64,000 nucleotides of DNA, from NCBI RefSeq assembly GCF_009834535.1, contig NC_045697.1, forward strand, positions 14,634,001 through 14,698,000, read 5' to 3'. Below are positions 62,661-64,000 of the stretch, piece after piece. The notes beneath the pieces were generated by a model. The model did no database searches and was not told the origin of the DNA. It was given only the letters and a program-made list of their open reading frames with translations. The position numbers and the translations under genes were made by a program. How positions within the stretch are numbered: position 1 is the first letter of the stretch; each line of letters opens with the position of its first letter. The stretch is from Camelus ferus (Eukaryota).

Positions 62661-64000
62661 TCCAAATAAACTTTTATTATGTAACATCTCCCTATAAACT
62701 TTTATTACGTAACGTCATTTTACTAGAGGATGTGTTTTGAGGATTTACTTGAAGACTGCAGATGTCTATGTAATAGTCTCCAGTGTAAGCTTCATCAGCC
62801 CTCTGTTCAAGCAGTATCACAATACGCTTTTAAACTGAGGCACTAATGAAGTGTAAAGTGAAATCAAGTCTCTTAATTACTGCAGTACAGAGGTTGACAT
62901 GCTTTGAAAACATTCAAGTTAAAAGGACAGTAAGTGAAGGATAGTAAAAGAGAAAGATAACAAAGAAGGAACTGAAAACTTGATTAAATGTCAGGGAAGA
63001 ATTCAGAAATGGTACCTACAGGACTCCTAAGTGCTCACAAATTTTATTAATGATACAGTTGCCCAGTACTATGAACTGTGAGCAGCTGCTGCCTACTTAT
63101 TATACTCTTTTTAAAAAGAGCAAAATGCTTTTTAATTGCGTTAAGAAATTAGGCAAATTAATCTTCTCAAATCATAAATATCTACTCTGTCATTCAGTCG
63201 ATGTCACCTTCCCACTAATCTTGCCTTTTCTGAGGTCAGTAGTCCCCGCTTCATCCTAGGTCTTTCCTGTGTTGTTAAGATCTGCTTCCTCATTACCCTT
63301 CACAGCTGTAAAATAACCACCTTTATAAAATGCTTACTGTGTGGGTGAAGTATCTTGTGCATGGTCCTCGCATCTATACCCTCCACTATAATTCTGTAAG
63401 GTAGGTAAAAATTTAAGCCTCATTTCAGAGACATGATTTAGAGAGGTTCAATTTGCATGAGTTCCAAGATCGAACAAGTGTCAGGTCAGGGCCTGCTGCT
63501 CAAATCTGTCCCATTTGAACCCCACTCTTCCCACTTGTTTATAGAGATTCTTTCATCATATCTGTTCATGCTCCTAGGACTTTAATCGATTCCTATGCAT
63601 TTACTCATAAATCCTGTAACGGGCTAGGGAGGTGCCCTGCTTGCTACTTCACTAAACAGAAAACAAAGGGGTAGAATCTAAAAAAAGCCTCTGGGCCCAC
63701 TCCTCACATTCGTGGACCATGACAAGAATGTCCATGGAAGCTCTTGGCAGATGGCCTGTTCTCTCTTCTCATTCCTAGCTCAGTTCTGCACAGTATGCAG
63801 CCTTGAGTGCATCTGTATGGACCCTCAGGGCTGTAGGTCCAAGCTCACTCCATACCCTCCACAAACAGCACTTGGCTGTTCCTCCAGGCTAGAATTACAC
63901 ATACTTTTGTGCAGTCCACCATTCAGAAGATAGACTCAGGAAAGTGGCTCATGTAGGCCCTGAAAACTGAATTGGGCCACTTGGATAAGAGATTCTGAGA

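Overview
Repeat-rich, CpG-depleted mammalian nuclear DNA, most likely from a camelid (camel/alpaca/vicuna). The evidence is a Vic-1-like tRNA-derived SINE and young L1 3' tails, and I saw no Alu, B1/B2, Bov-tA/BovB or PRE1 elements. I cannot identify any protein-coding gene with confidence. The only recognisable peptides in the ORF track are decayed L1 ORF2 and MaLR internal-ORF remnants, so the window reads as intergenic or deep-intronic. It is a mosaic of ancient eutherian repeats (MIR, L2, L1M, MLT1/MaLR, MER5/MER58/MER91/MER94-type hAT elements), lineage-specific L1 tails and microsatellites. The best second-look items are: (i) a young, CpG-retaining ERV2-like solo LTR that splits a MIR and has a 6-bp TSD; (ii) two CTCF-like motifs, one inside an unexpectedly CpG-rich old LTR; (iii) a CCAAT-TATA-splice-donor promoter-like module; (iv) frame-compatible chains of small exon-like segments on both strands; and (v) an ETS/GATA/RUNX motif cluster next to an imperfect hairpin. 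I found no convincing novel multi-gene system. Repeat subfamily names come from recalled consensus sequences, and boundaries are approximate unless a TSD or TIR is quoted.
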